62,096 nucleotides of DNA, taken from the IMG/VR virus record IMGVR_UViG_3300034108_002091; one strand, given 5' to 3'. Origin of the DNA: an uncultured virus (IMG/VR IMGVR_UViG_3300034108_002091). Taxonomy: Duplodnaviria > Heunggongvirae > Uroviricota > Caudoviricetes. Within the stretch, counting starts at the first letter, position 1, and every line of letters begins with the position of its first letter. The translations under genes were made by a program, and so were the position numbers. The notes beneath the pieces are model-generated. The model saw only the letters and a program-made list of their open reading frames with translations, was not told where the DNA came from and did no database searches. Of the stretch, positions 9,739 through 19,502 are shown in pieces.

Positions 9739-9775
9739 GAATTAACAAATTTAGGTGAATAGTATTGGTTTTACT

Positions 9776-9783
9776 TATATTTG
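9776..9783 (+). promoter_or_regulatory. Bacteroidota -7 promoter element
   Basis: TATATTTG matches TAnnTTTG, 17 nt before the ATG at 9800. Confidence 0.6.
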
Positions 9784-9799
9784 TCTTTCATATAATTTT

Positions 9800-10303
9800 A
9801 TGGCCAAAACCAAAGTTCGAAAGGATAAAAAACCGTTCAAGCCTAAGAGCCATGATCAAATCCTAAACGAAAATTTTAAAATGAAACAGGAACATCAGGA
9901 AAAGCAAATTGCAAAGATTCCACCGCCCGAAAAAGACTTTCAGGAACTACCTTCCTGGGATAAAGCATCATCATTTCAAGTGACAGGTGCTGAATTTGAT
10001 GAGCTTTATGCTTTCTATCAAATGTTCAGCCCCATGCTGAAAACGATTGAGAATATTTTCCATCGCGGTGTTGCTAAAGGGTTGATTAAACCCATCTATC
10101 TCAAACAGGATGGCTCGCATGCCAGCGAAGAAGAAGTAAAAAAATACCAGCAAGAACTTATGGAGTACATGAAGAAAGTTCAGGAACTCCGCGGGGTAAA
10201 ACCTTCACCCATTGTAGGCGTCAATGGAGAGGCGCTTTCCTCCGAATCTGAAGCCGAAGACATTCCCGACGAAAAACCCGAAGCGGAAAAATCCGAAGCG
10301 TAA
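9800..10303 (+). CDS. Hypothetical protein, single gene on the opposite strand
   Basis: ATG at 9800, basic N-terminus and acidic C-terminus, own promoter and terminator. Confidence 0.75.
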   Translation: MAKTKVRKDKKPFKPKSHDQILNENFKMKQEHQEKQIAKIPPPEKDFQELPSWDKASSFQVTGAEFDELYAFYQMFSPMLKTIENIFHRGVAKGLIKPIYLKQDGSHASEEEVKKYQQELMEYMKKVQELRGVKPSPIVGVNGEALSSESEAEDIPDEKPEAEKSEA

Positions 10304-10336
10304 AAAGAAACCCCACCAATCGGTGGGGTTTTTTTA
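10304..10336. terminator. Bidirectional intrinsic terminator
   Basis: AAAAGAAACCCCACC-AATC-GGTGGGGTTTTTTT between convergent genes. Confidence 0.85.
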
Positions 10337-11473
10337 TGTAAACAGTTCGCTAACAAATCGTTCATTATACCGGCCTATTTCATTGTTTGGGAATCGTATG
10401 AATGTTTCCAGCGGTGTTAAGAAAAAGTCCTGCCGTTGCAGCGTGTCAACGATAACAGATTCTTTTTTCATCGGCACCACTATTAAACTTCGATAGTTGT
10501 CAATAAAACGGCCAACAACATTCCGTGATAACGGATTGCCACTATTTTCGATGCTGTTACCTACTACGGTGTGGCATATGTAGTGGATAAGCCTGAGAGC
10601 ATTCAGCGAATTTGGACAGCAGACATCTTTCATAAAGTTGCCGTACAAACATGGGTTCAGATGATTTCTTAGATCATCAAACGAAAACTGAATAACTCCC
10701 GATGATTGCAAAGATCTGAATTCCTCAACAGCAAGCTCTTTGAGGATTTCATGGTTTAGGGTTTGGAATGACATTGTTCAATCGGGGTAAGGTTTTTCGC
10801 GAATTAAGTATTTCACCAATCACGTATTTGACTAAAATATGGCTTGACGACATATTCAGTATACGCTCTAAATGATCACTTTCTAGGTCAACCAGGAGGC
10901 GATATGTAGCCTCTTCTCTTTTCTCCCATTGCTTTTTTCCGTAAGTGCGCCATAGTAGTTTTGATTTAAGGTCTTTTAAAGATGTGTTTTCTGTGATGAA
11001 ATACGGGATGCATTGGTCATCAATGTTATTAACCATAAGCGAACGGCCACCACAAATAAAGTACATCTTGTTGACTTTTTGGTCAAAGTATTCGATGTTT
11101 TTTGAACATTTTGAGAATAAAACTGTACCATCAGGCGTTTGAAATGCGTTTTGGTAAATCATCATATCTTGCTTAAAATAGTCTCTGATCCGGCTAAGTC
11201 ATTAAAATAAAGAGGCTTATCTTTTTCACACATTTCATATGCTTCCGCAAAAGTTTTCACCGCCGAATTATTTTCAACATTGCTTTGACTGGTGATAAAT
11301 TCCATTAATTTGGCATATTTACCTTCAGTGCTGTATTTTATTTCCTCGATCATTTCCGATCCTTCAAATCGGGTTTCTTTGGATTTTACCTGTACTTGAA
11401 TAATCCGACAAAAGGCAGGGTCGTAAAAAACGAGGTAGACCACTTGGCCTACCTCGATGAAATCAATTGGCAT
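10334..11473 (-). other. Three hypothetical CDS (10334-10774, 10749-11165, 11162-11473)
   Basis: Tightly packed, overlapping ORFs in the operon; no motifs recognised. Confidence 0.6.
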
Positions 11474-12572
11474 ATAGCTTTACCTCAATTTGGTTGTTTT
11501 CGTACAATTCCTTGTCAATCCAGACGTTGTTTTCAATATGCCAAAGCATACGGTCAAGGGTTGTCTCCCAGCCTTCCCTGCGGCCGCGGTGATCATCGTA
11601 ACCTACACGTTCAACTTCCAGGTCCTCCCAAGAATAAGCGTAGATATACGGCTCATTCAGCGTTTTATCAATGACCACATTGATAGGTGGCAAAATCTCA
11701 TAGCCAGGGAAATTTTGATCTCTCCATGCTTCTACCAGCGGCTTGTAAACGCTGTGCTGAGTACCATAGCCAAAACGCTTGATGTCCCCGATAAATGAAT
11801 TTCTGTGCGCATCCCTGGAAGTTTTAAAGTCTACCTCCCGAACGGTTTTAACGATATGGTCCACCAGAATGATGTCGATGGCACCTTTTAGCTGAATTTC
11901 CATTGGGTCGGGACAACCAGCTTCAATCAATGCCGGTATCGGATCGTTGAATTTTTTCAGCGGAATAAAAATTTCCTGCTGGAAAAACAATGAATGACCA
12001 GATTCCTGAACAAAATACTTTTTGCTTCGAGGGTGGTTACGGATCATTTCAACTTGGTTGATTGCCTGCAGATTATCTTCGCTGGAGATAATGGTTTTAT
12101 TCCCAACTCGTTTGCGCATCTCGAAATAGTCATTTCCTTTCTCGAAAATTTCTTTCAGAATACGCTCATCTTTGTAGCTGCCTTTACCGTAGTTCACATC
12201 CGGACGTTTGGCGATATTGAGAATTTCTTCGTTCAATTCTACCATTGGAATATTTCTTACCTGGCCCATACCAGCAAAACTCATTTCTTCCACTGGTGCA
12301 CAATTTTCTTTGTACAGGGTATCAATAAAATTCTTAATAGCATCCGATGGTATTTTCATTGTATCATCGGCGATAAAGAATCGTTCTTTCATCAGGTTAG
12401 GGCTGAACAAAATAGTATCAACCAGCGAACCGTAGTCGAAATGATCTTCCCGCTTATCCTCAGATTTATTGACAATGTGTTTTTGATACCATGCCTGAGG
12501 GGACATATAGCGGAACTCTTTGATCAAACTTTGGCTGATAGCGAATTTGTTTCTGTAGTCTGTTTGTTGCAT
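11463..12572 (-). CDS. PD-(D/E)xK exonuclease (RecE/ExoVIII-like)
   Basis: ISQSLIKEF, GSLVDTILF, FQQEIF, LKGAIDII..VDFKTS, YGTQHSVY. Confidence 0.8.
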   Translation of the reverse strand: MQQTDYRNKFAISQSLIKEFRYMSPQAWYQKHIVNKSEDKREDHFDYGSLVDTILFSPNLMKERFFIADDTMKIPSDAIKNFIDTLYKENCAPVEEMSFAGMGQVRNIPMVELNEEILNIAKRPDVNYGKGSYKDERILKEIFEKGNDYFEMRKRVGNKTIISSEDNLQAINQVEMIRNHPRSKKYFVQESGHSLFFQQEIFIPLKKFNDPIPALIEAGCPDPMEIQLKGAIDIILVDHIVKTVREVDFKTSRDAHRNSFIGDIKRFGYGTQHSVYKPLVEAWRDQNFPGYEILPPINVVIDKTLNEPYIYAYSWEDLEVERVGYDDHRGRREGWETTLDRMLWHIENNVWIDKELYENNQIEVKLYAN

Positions 12573-12574
12573 AA

Positions 12575-12859
12575 CTATTTTTTGATTATTTCAACGAATC
12601 GAATGTTTGGATTTTGTTTCAAAAATGCTTTGATATACAACCATGTTGTATAATCAGCGTATCCCCTGGGTTGCTGAATCCATCCGTTGTATGAGTCTTT
12701 GATAGAAAGTTTTTCATCGCGGAAATAAATTTTATCCAGCAGTTTACATCCAAGAATGTTTAGAATTTGATGTAGTTCTCGATGCTGACTTTTTTGTGTC
12801 TCGGCATTTTCGCTGTTGACAGGAAATACCCATTGTATTTTACACTGATAATGCTTCAT
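12575..12859 (-). CDS. Hypothetical protein
   Basis: ORF overlapping the ThiF stop; likely start MKHYQC. Confidence 0.55.
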   Translation of the reverse strand: MKHYQCKIQWVFPVNSENAETQKSQHRELHQILNILGCKLLDKIYFRDEKLSIKDSYNGWIQQPRGYADYTTWLYIKAFLKQNPNIRFVEIIKK

Positions 12860-13601
12860 GCTTTTTCTTTTTGTAATACCCAACGGGCACTTTGACGATT
12901 TTCATTGTTTCCAGAGAAAAGAAGAATCCTTGGTAGTCGATTTTCTTTTGGGTAAGTATATCCCATAGCATTGATGAGGCCAGATCTGCTACAAAGCTGT
13001 TGACCAGTATGTGTTGCTTTTTGATAGCTTCTGCAAGGCTGCAGCTGGGAACAGCGATATTGTTTTTGATGTCTCCGAATATTTCAAATGCGTTAGGGAG
13101 GTAGCTTTTGATTTCTCGTATTTTAGATGAAAGAATAATGTTTCCTGAGTTGAAGTCATTGCCGGTGTCCAGCCAGAAGTATGTGCGATTTTCACTAGCA
13201 ATACGCTCGTAGTTCAGTTTCTTGCGGATCTCTTTGCGGCTTTCGACGTTATCGGTACAGCTGATGATGATGTTGAACCCTCTGAAGTCTACTTCCGATA
13301 CTGAGAAAGGAAATGAACGCCAGTTGGTTCCGAAAAATCTGTTCATTCGCTGAATGAGAATATCCGACTTGTACTCTCCTATGTCTCCTGGGGTAAAGAG
13401 CTGCCTACCCAGGTTTGGCGTATCTACCTTGTCTGGATCACAAAGGCATACCATGAGGTCTTTTTGATGCACTTCGTTGAGTGTATACGCCAGCCTACCC
13501 AGCTTAGTTAATATTTCTGATCCGGTACCACCGGCACCGACCAACAGTATTGAAATCGAATGCCGGGGGTTTTGGAAGTAGTTAGGAATCTTTAAGAACA
13601 T
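12840..13601 (-). CDS. PRTRC-system ThiF family (E1-like) enzyme
   Basis: LVGAGGTGS, DPDKV..NLGRQLF, CTDNVESR, WLDTGN, and PSCSLAEAI with the putative catalytic Cys. Confidence 0.9.
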   Translation of the reverse strand: MFLKIPNYFQNPRHSISILLVGAGGTGSEILTKLGRLAYTLNEVHQKDLMVCLCDPDKVDTPNLGRQLFTPGDIGEYKSDILIQRMNRFFGTNWRSFPFSVSEVDFRGFNIIISCTDNVESRKEIRKKLNYERIASENRTYFWLDTGNDFNSGNIILSSKIREIKSYLPNAFEIFGDIKNNIAVPSCSLAEAIKKQHILVNSFVADLASSMLWDILTQKKIDYQGFFFSLETMKIVKVPVGYYKKKKHEALSV

Positions 13602-14262
13602 CTCTTAATTTTTGATTAATGGGAACAAGGTGCTTGGTTGGAAATTCCAATTCGCTATTTCTTAGCTCAGCCATGAGAGAATTGTAATTGCGTTTTTGAA
13701 TGCAATTACTTCCATCATGGGTAAACGTGCTTTCCCAAAACACTGTTTCCAAAAAGTTGATATGTAAGCCAAACTCCATGTTGATATTCTTTTTGGCGAT
13801 GTTATACGCTGAGCCAAGGCATACCCATCCTCCAGAATTGATATTTGGAAGAGGAACAGCATACAGCTTTGTATCCATTCTTTTAAATTCTGTATATGCA
13901 AATACTTTTAAGCTAGGATTCAAAACAAAAATTACCCCTGGCATATGGTATTTGCCAGATTTAACGGCTAGATTTTTACTAAACTGCAACTCCCGGAAGC
14001 GAGGCTCGGACTTCCATATCAGTATCCTTCTCGGAAACTCGTTGTAGTAAATCATATCCTTCGGGATCTCTCCATGCAGGAAATCCGTCGATGTTGACAG
14101 CGTCCTCGATAAGCCCGAAAGAGCTGACATGCTGAGGGGTATAGCCGGACTCAATGTGCCATCTTTGACCTGCGCGATTTCTATGTATGAACTCTGCGTG
14201 TCTTCCGAGGTATAAATGGATAAGACTTTGGTAAGATTGAAGGGTTGATTCGCTGTAACCAT
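13582..14262 (-). CDS. PRTRC-system protein B (prokaryotic E2 family D)
   Basis: FLHGEIP, LIWK..R.LQF, MPGVIF, LYAVPLPNI..GWVCLG, FWESTFTH; likely start MVTANQ. Confidence 0.85.
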   Translation of the reverse strand: MVTANQPFNLTKVLSIYTSEDTQSSYIEIAQVKDGTLSPAIPLSMSALSGLSRTLSTSTDFLHGEIPKDMIYYNEFPRRILIWKSEPRFRELQFSKNLAVKSGKYHMPGVIFVLNPSLKVFAYTEFKRMDTKLYAVPLPNINSGGWVCLGSAYNIAKKNINMEFGLHINFLETVFWESTFTHDGSNCIQKRNYNSLMAELRNSELEFPTKHLVPINQKLRDVLKDS

Positions 14263-15274
14263 AAAACTTAAAATTTTGATCTTTTGGACTGTAGTGAGAC
14301 AATAATTCAAGCAGTCGAAAATTGTCAATGTTGGTTTTTTCAATACGCCCGTTTGTGTAAAATTTCTTAGTTACTTGAATTAAGTCATAACCTTCCTGAG
14401 CACAAGAATCAAGATATTCTACTATAGCGTCTGGTACATCCCAGCTAATAATAAACTGTGATTGCAAATCTGCTCTAGAATAGTCACGATCAGGATCTGT
14501 TGACTCATAATTAAATACGTGAAACTTTTGCCTATCTAAATAGTCAATAATAGCGGCAAATAAACCTAATGGGGTATTTTTATCAATTTCATCGTAGAAG
14601 TATTCACTGTTACGATCTGCTGTCGATTCAATCCATTTTTCAACAATATTGGATCTAGTTACTAAATCAGAAAGTTCTGATTGGTTAGCATGAAAGTTCT
14701 CCAATGCTGCGGTTAAGTCTTCTGGATTATGACCTTCGTATTGCTCTTTTATTTCATCTTCCTCCATATCCCCTTCAAGCGCATAGTGAAAGACATCAAG
14801 ATATGTCTCGTAACCCATCTTTGACAGTAAATAATAACCGTAAAAAAGTATATCAAATTCGGGTTTGCCTACTATACCCATATGATATTTGTCAATCATA
14901 TGCCAGTAGCAGTTTATTTCTTCACCATAACTTACTTCAATGTGATCATTCTTAATGATGTAATCTTTCAGCGTGAGTTTTTCTTCCAATAGTCTCAACC
15001 TACGTTCTATGTCGTCAATTGGTAAAAGAGTAGAATCTGCAGGAATGCCATTTAAAGCAGCAATTTTATCTATGGTTAAGATCTGCTTTTTTGAAAGGCC
15101 TATTTGATTTTTTAAAAATTCACCCCCCGCTATTTTTCGAGTAATGTCGAAAGCTTTTATGGAAGGTGTAAAAGACTTCGGGGAGTGACCATTCGATTGC
15201 GAGTTGTGTCCCGTGAATCTTTGTCTGATATTACCTGGTTCAAGTGCTGGTAAAAGGCCATTAGCTTTTGCCAT
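13979..15274 (-). CDS. PRTRC-system protein F-like (by position)
   Basis: Large acidic ORF between C and B as in PRTRC operons; weak sequence evidence. Its C-terminus overlaps protein B by ~284 nt. Confidence 0.55.
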   Translation of the reverse strand: MAKANGLLPALEPGNIRQRFTGHNSQSNGHSPKSFTPSIKAFDITRKIAGGEFLKNQIGLSKKQILTIDKIAALNGIPADSTLLPIDDIERRLRLLEEKLTLKDYIIKNDHIEVSYGEEINCYWHMIDKYHMGIVGKPEFDILFYGYYLLSKMGYETYLDVFHYALEGDMEEDEIKEQYEGHNPEDLTAALENFHANQSELSDLVTRSNIVEKWIESTADRNSEYFYDEIDKNTPLGLFAAIIDYLDRQKFHVFNYESTDPDRDYSRADLQSQFIISWDVPDAIVEYLDSCAQEGYDLIQVTKKFYTNGRIEKTNIDNFRLLELLSHYSPKDQNFKFYGYSESTLQSYQSLIHLYLGRHAEFIHRNRAGQRWHIESGYTPQHVSSFGLIEDAVNIDGFPAWRDPEGYDLLQRVSEKDTDMEVRASLPGVAV

Positions 15275-15291
15275 TCTTCCTTAGTTTTAAC

Positions 15292-15316
15292 AAGGGGCTG
15301 AGCGACAGCCCTTTTT
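15292..15316. terminator. Hairpin between PRTRC C and F
   Basis: AAGGGGCTG-AGCGA-CAGCCCTTTTT. Confidence 0.5.
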
Positions 15317-15326
15317 GTTTTATTTT

Positions 15327-15530
15327 TCATCCTTTTTCTTTGAAGTCAGATTTTACTTCATAGTTGATCACCCCGTTGGCCACTTCTTTTTCCACGATTT
15401 TGGCTGTTACCCATTCAGGATATAACCCTGCATAGTGATCAGCAACCTGGCGAAGTGAAAACTCTGGATTAGGGTCTGGATATTCTTTATCCTTCCAGTG
15501 GAATGTTCGTTTTGCTTTTGAGATTTCCAT
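15327..15530 (-). CDS. PRTRC-system protein C (prokaryotic ubiquitin-like)
   Basis: RTF..YPDPNPEFSLRQVADHYAGLYPE; ends ..KEKG-stop with an exposed C-terminal Gly. Confidence 0.88.
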   Translation of the reverse strand: MEISKAKRTFHWKDKEYPDPNPEFSLRQVADHYAGLYPEWVTAKIVEKEVANGVINYEVKSDFKEKG

Positions 15531-16195
15531 TATGCTTCTTGAGTTTGAGCGGTTAATACTTCATTCAGCCTGTTGGTGAATTTTTCATTCCAGTCTACAG
15601 TAGCCAAATCAGCTGCGGTAAGCGCTTTGATTGCATTCTTCTGCAGATACTCAATCATGTCTTCATCTTTGGTATTCTGCGCTCGGGCAAACAGACCTTC
15701 AACATCTGCGATCGCTTTTTTCTGAGCAACGGTAAGAACAGGCTTTGGAGGTTCAGGAGCCGGTTTTTCCTTAACCGGTTCTTCTTTGGAATCGTCGGTA
15801 TCATTATCCTCCTCATTATCCTCATCTTTATCCTCTTCATCGTCTTTTTTGGATCCTTTTACCTTGGGAGCCGGGGTTGATTTTTTCGCGTCCTTGGCTT
15901 TTTTGTCCTCTTTCGCTTTCTTTTCTTCCTCAGCTTTCTTTTCTTTCGCAGCGGCAACCATTGAATTTACGTCAATGACTGTCTGGCGAACTTCCGGAAG
16001 TGCTTTGCCAAATTCCTCTAGCAGCTGGGCATCGAGTTCTTCCGCGGTACCGCTGGCTGTTACCGGCAGCAGTGTGCCTTCCTTATCTTCTTTCAGTACG
16101 GGAAGGATGGTAACGGATAGGCCGGTCTTTGTTCGTGTAACAACCATCTTGGCTGTGTCTCCTTCCTGGAGAATATCATTCAGTTTTGTGAACAT
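15530..16195 (-). CDS. PRTRC-system protein E
   Basis: MFTKL..LSVTILP..PVTASGTAEELDAQL, followed by a Lys/Glu/Asp-rich linker and a helical tail. Confidence 0.85.
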   Translation of the reverse strand: MFTKLNDILQEGDTAKMVVTRTKTGLSVTILPVLKEDKEGTLLPVTASGTAEELDAQLLEEFGKALPEVRQTVIDVNSMVAAAKEKKAEEEKKAKEDKKAKDAKKSTPAPKVKGSKKDDEEDKDEDNEEDNDTDDSKEEPVKEKPAPEPPKPVLTVAQKKAIADVEGLFARAQNTKDEDMIEYLQKNAIKALTAADLATVDWNEKFTNRLNEVLTAQTQEA

Positions 16196-16222
16196 TGTTT
16201 TCTGTTTGAACGTGATGTGATT

Positions 16223-16666
16223 TTACTTTTTGGTACGGCAGATAGGTCCCAATCCAACGCGGATCGATTCGGCATCTGTCAAAGGGCGACCGCATTTAGC
16301 ACATATACCCATGTGCCATATTTCCAGATCCAGAATGTTTGATCTCTGAAGCAGCTTATTGAACACGTAGGTAAATGCTACAACCGATGGGGATGCCTGA
16401 TTCAACTCTGATCGATCGGATAGATAAAAAGAAGGCATTAAGCCCTCGTAGATTGTCCCAAAGAATGTGTAATCATTCATATTGTTGGGACCAGTAAGAA
16501 CATAGCAATAATGCTTATGTGGAGTCTTTTCCTGACGTTCTATTTTGTAGGTGAACTGCTTGTCGGTTTTGAGGCTTTTGAACGTCAAATAAGCCTGTCC
16601 TGCAAGCATAAAGGGAATAACCAGCTCTTGAGCCAGTTGTGCTTTATGTAGGTACTTGGTTTGCAT
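16223..16666 (-). CDS. DUF6011-type zinc-finger protein
   Basis: C-terminal CAKCGRPLTDAESIRVGLGPIC; likely start MQTKYL. Confidence 0.75.
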   Translation of the reverse strand: MQTKYLHKAQLAQELVIPFMLAGQAYLTFKSLKTDKQFTYKIERQEKTPHKHYCYVLTGPNNMNDYTFFGTIYEGLMPSFYLSDRSELNQASPSVVAFTYVFNKLLQRSNILDLEIWHMGICAKCGRPLTDAESIRVGLGPICRTKK

Positions 16667-17093
16667 GCATATCCCTCCTAAAGAATTTCCCGAGAATATT
16701 GCCGTTGTAACTGCTTTGGGTAAGAACATCATGAAGGATCATATGCTTGAGTTCAGCATAGGCCAAATATTTTTTGGAATAGCAGATCTCAAGTATCTCC
16801 CGTTTAAATGATTCGGTACCCAAAGTAGCTACATCAGCAACTAACTCGTCTGAGCTACCATAGTAGGTGAGCCAGTCCGATTCCTTGGTTTTGCGTTTAA
16901 ACGTTTTTCTCGTCTTTGTTTCTGCTTTCTCGCGCTTGCCAATTTTTACTTTGGAAGTGTGAAACAAAGCCTTTTTGCCTATGTAAAATTTGCCGGTCAC
17001 CAGGTTTGTGATTTTATACACAAACCCAACTGCACCTTCATTGTTAGGCAGGCTTTCCAGATAGGATATTGGATTATTTTGGTAGAACCACAT
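16644..17093 (-). CDS. GIY-YIG nuclease (T4 endonuclease II-like)
   Basis: GFVYKITNLVTGKFYIGKK, ESDWLTYYGSS, FKREIL, YNGNI. Confidence 0.85.
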   Translation of the reverse strand: MWFYQNNPISYLESLPNNEGAVGFVYKITNLVTGKFYIGKKALFHTSKVKIGKREKAETKTRKTFKRKTKESDWLTYYGSSDELVADVATLGTESFKREILEICYSKKYLAYAELKHMILHDVLTQSSYNGNILGKFFRRDMHANQVPT

Positions 17094-18229
17094 TACTGTT
17101 CGATTATGGGCAGTTCGTGATTTGTTGCAAAGTAGTTCAGGATGTACTCGTATTTCTTAACCGGAATACTTAATTCCAGTTCTTTTGCTTGAATACTTAC
17201 AAGCCAAGCCACAATGGATCCATCTTTCGGCTCAAACTCAATTTCAACATCAAAAGAGTTTTTACCAAGACCTCTGTAAATAGGCAATTTGAGTTCAAAG
17301 TTGAACTCAAGATTGGTTTTACATTTTTCGATCTTTTGGTATGCGATATTTCCTTTGAAGTCATTGGTCTGCGTAAATTCTGTTTCTGTTTTGGCAGTGA
17401 ACGATTTTAGTTTTGCCAACACTGCATCATATACCACAGGACTTTCAAAGAATGGCCTGGACTCTTTCAGTTTTTGCGTAAGGCTTCGGATATCGTATTT
17501 AGTGCCTCTGTTGATACCAAAGCTTAAATACATTTTATCCAGTTCCATTGCACCCTTTACAGTAACTGTGTCTTCATGCTGAGCATTGTACACCAGTTCT
17601 ACTGTTACAGGCTTTTCTGAAAGAAGATCCTGACGCAGAATGACGTATGAATCATCTACAGCCTCATCAATGAGTTTTTTACGGGCAATGGCATACTGTA
17701 CAGGAGCATCTTCGGTACCTGAAAGATTAAGAGGCTTTACATTAAAAGGTGCTGGTAAGTCTCCGGTCCGAACAATCAACGTGTTGTTTTTCAATTCCGG
17801 AAGTTGAAGTTTCAATTCTTGCATGATGGTTTATTTGTTGTGGAAAAGATTACCCTGGCGTTCATCAAAGGTCATTCGGCGATCACCGATTTTCTCTCCG
17901 GTTTCGGCATCGATGAAATCAATCATGTGATGATCGTAGTCCGGAACTTGATAAACTTCGCGTTCAACATCAACGTATTGATTTTTGATGTCATTGAGCA
18001 GCTGTGCATTTTGACGTTTCAAGGGTGCCATTTCTTCAGCATACTCTTTTTTGATTTCTGCAAGTTTTGCCTCTTTAACATCCAAGCTGTTGAGGTTATC
18101 TGCAAGAGCAAGAGATCTGGTGTAGATATCTTCTTTTGTCAGCGGAATGCGTATTTTTTCCTTTGTTTTAGGATACGCCGCAATTTGCAGATCGGTCATG
18201 GGAATTACTCTTGTTTCTGACATATTCAT
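17093..18229 (-). other. Two conserved-looking phage CDS (17093-17824, 17831-18229)
   Basis: 243-aa and 132-aa ORFs in the operon; the second has a coiled coil. Function not recognised. Confidence 0.65.
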
Positions 18230-18263
18230 GGTTTATGTGTAAAAGTAGTTATTTTACTAATCT

Positions 18264-18989
18264 TTAGACGACAAAATCTGGTTCTGGCTGCCATGAAAAG
18301 CTAAGACCATGTGTTTCCTTCATGATCTTGTCAATGCGGGCAAAAAGGCCATTATGTTCCCAAGTGCCGCCGTTGTAGTTGGCACTGGATGGATGGGAAG
18401 CCGTGAGTACAAAATGCCGGCTTTCCCGAACGAGGGGCATATATCCCTGAGCCTGTTTGCCCAGGAAAACAAAAATCAATCCCCGGTTGTGGTCATTCAG
18501 GAAGTTCAGCAGATATGTGATGAAGGGAGCCCATAACCCTTTATGACCGTTGATAACCCCCAGGTTAGTACTCAGCTCGCTATTCAGCATTAGAATACCT
18601 TGGGCAGCCCATGGTGTCAGATCTGTTTGTACGGACAATGGAAGGTTTAAGCCGTTGTAAAGGTCATTCTCAATGGCCTTGGTGATGAATCTTAGCGACT
18701 TTGGCTGGGTTTCTTCATCTCGGGCAGAGAATGCTATCCCATCAGCCACATGGCGCTGAGAATTGAACGTATTGACCCCAGAATAGGGATCTTGGCCAAC
18801 CATTACCATTTTGAGTTCTGAATAGGGACATTCCGAGAAAGCCCGGAACATATTTTCAAACGTAGGGGTAATAATGTGGCCTTGCTGGGCGTACTGCATC
18901 AGGGCGGCTCCTATTTTGGCAAATTCAGGCCCGTCAATAAACGGTTTGAGGGGAGTATACCAACTCCCCAGCAGTTGATCAATTCTCAT
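18264..18989 (-). CDS. ung: Uracil-DNA glycosylase family 1
   Basis: GQDPY, GIAFS, WAAQGILMLN, HPSS. Confidence 0.92.
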   Translation of the reverse strand: MRIDQLLGSWYTPLKPFIDGPEFAKIGAALMQYAQQGHIITPTFENMFRAFSECPYSELKMVMVGQDPYSGVNTFNSQRHVADGIAFSARDEETQPKSLRFITKAIENDLYNGLNLPLSVQTDLTPWAAQGILMLNSELSTNLGVINGHKGLWAPFITYLLNFLNDHNRGLIFVFLGKQAQGYMPLVRESRHFVLTASHPSSANYNGGTWEHNGLFARIDKIMKETHGLSFSWQPEPDFVV

Positions 18990-19502
18990 TTTTGCGAATT
19001 TGAAGTTCTGTTAAGATTACATGAAGCGCAGGTTTTTTCCATTGCTTTGTGCTTTTGCAAAACATGGTATTCTTTCCAGGATAAAATTCTACTTGTTCTA
19101 AAGGCAGATCGATCAGGTAGCAGTATTTCTTTTCATCATACAGAATGGCTGTTTTTTGCTGGATGAGAGGGAGCCATTCTTCCTGAAAGCGTTCTTTTTT
19201 GAGAGCCCTGTACGATTTTGAAATCAATCCCATTGCTTTTAAATCGTTGTCTTCATGCTCGGCTTTTATCGCGAGGCGTTCTGATTCTTTCATCTCATTG
19301 TTTTTTCGTTGTATGAAACACTAAATCCAATAGGATCATTTTTCTTAAAAAGAGATCCGAGCTTTCGATTTTGGAACGCTTTCCATAAAAACGGAACGGT
19401 AGTTAAATGACCAAACTGTTCTTTTACATCTTGCCAATGATACAGATCTGCATAAAGATCATTCAAATACCTTTCATGCTTACCTTTGGTGTATTTACTC
19501 AT
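18979..19502 (-). other. Two small hypothetical CDS (18979-19293, 19290-19502)
   Basis: Coupled small ORFs. Confidence 0.55.
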
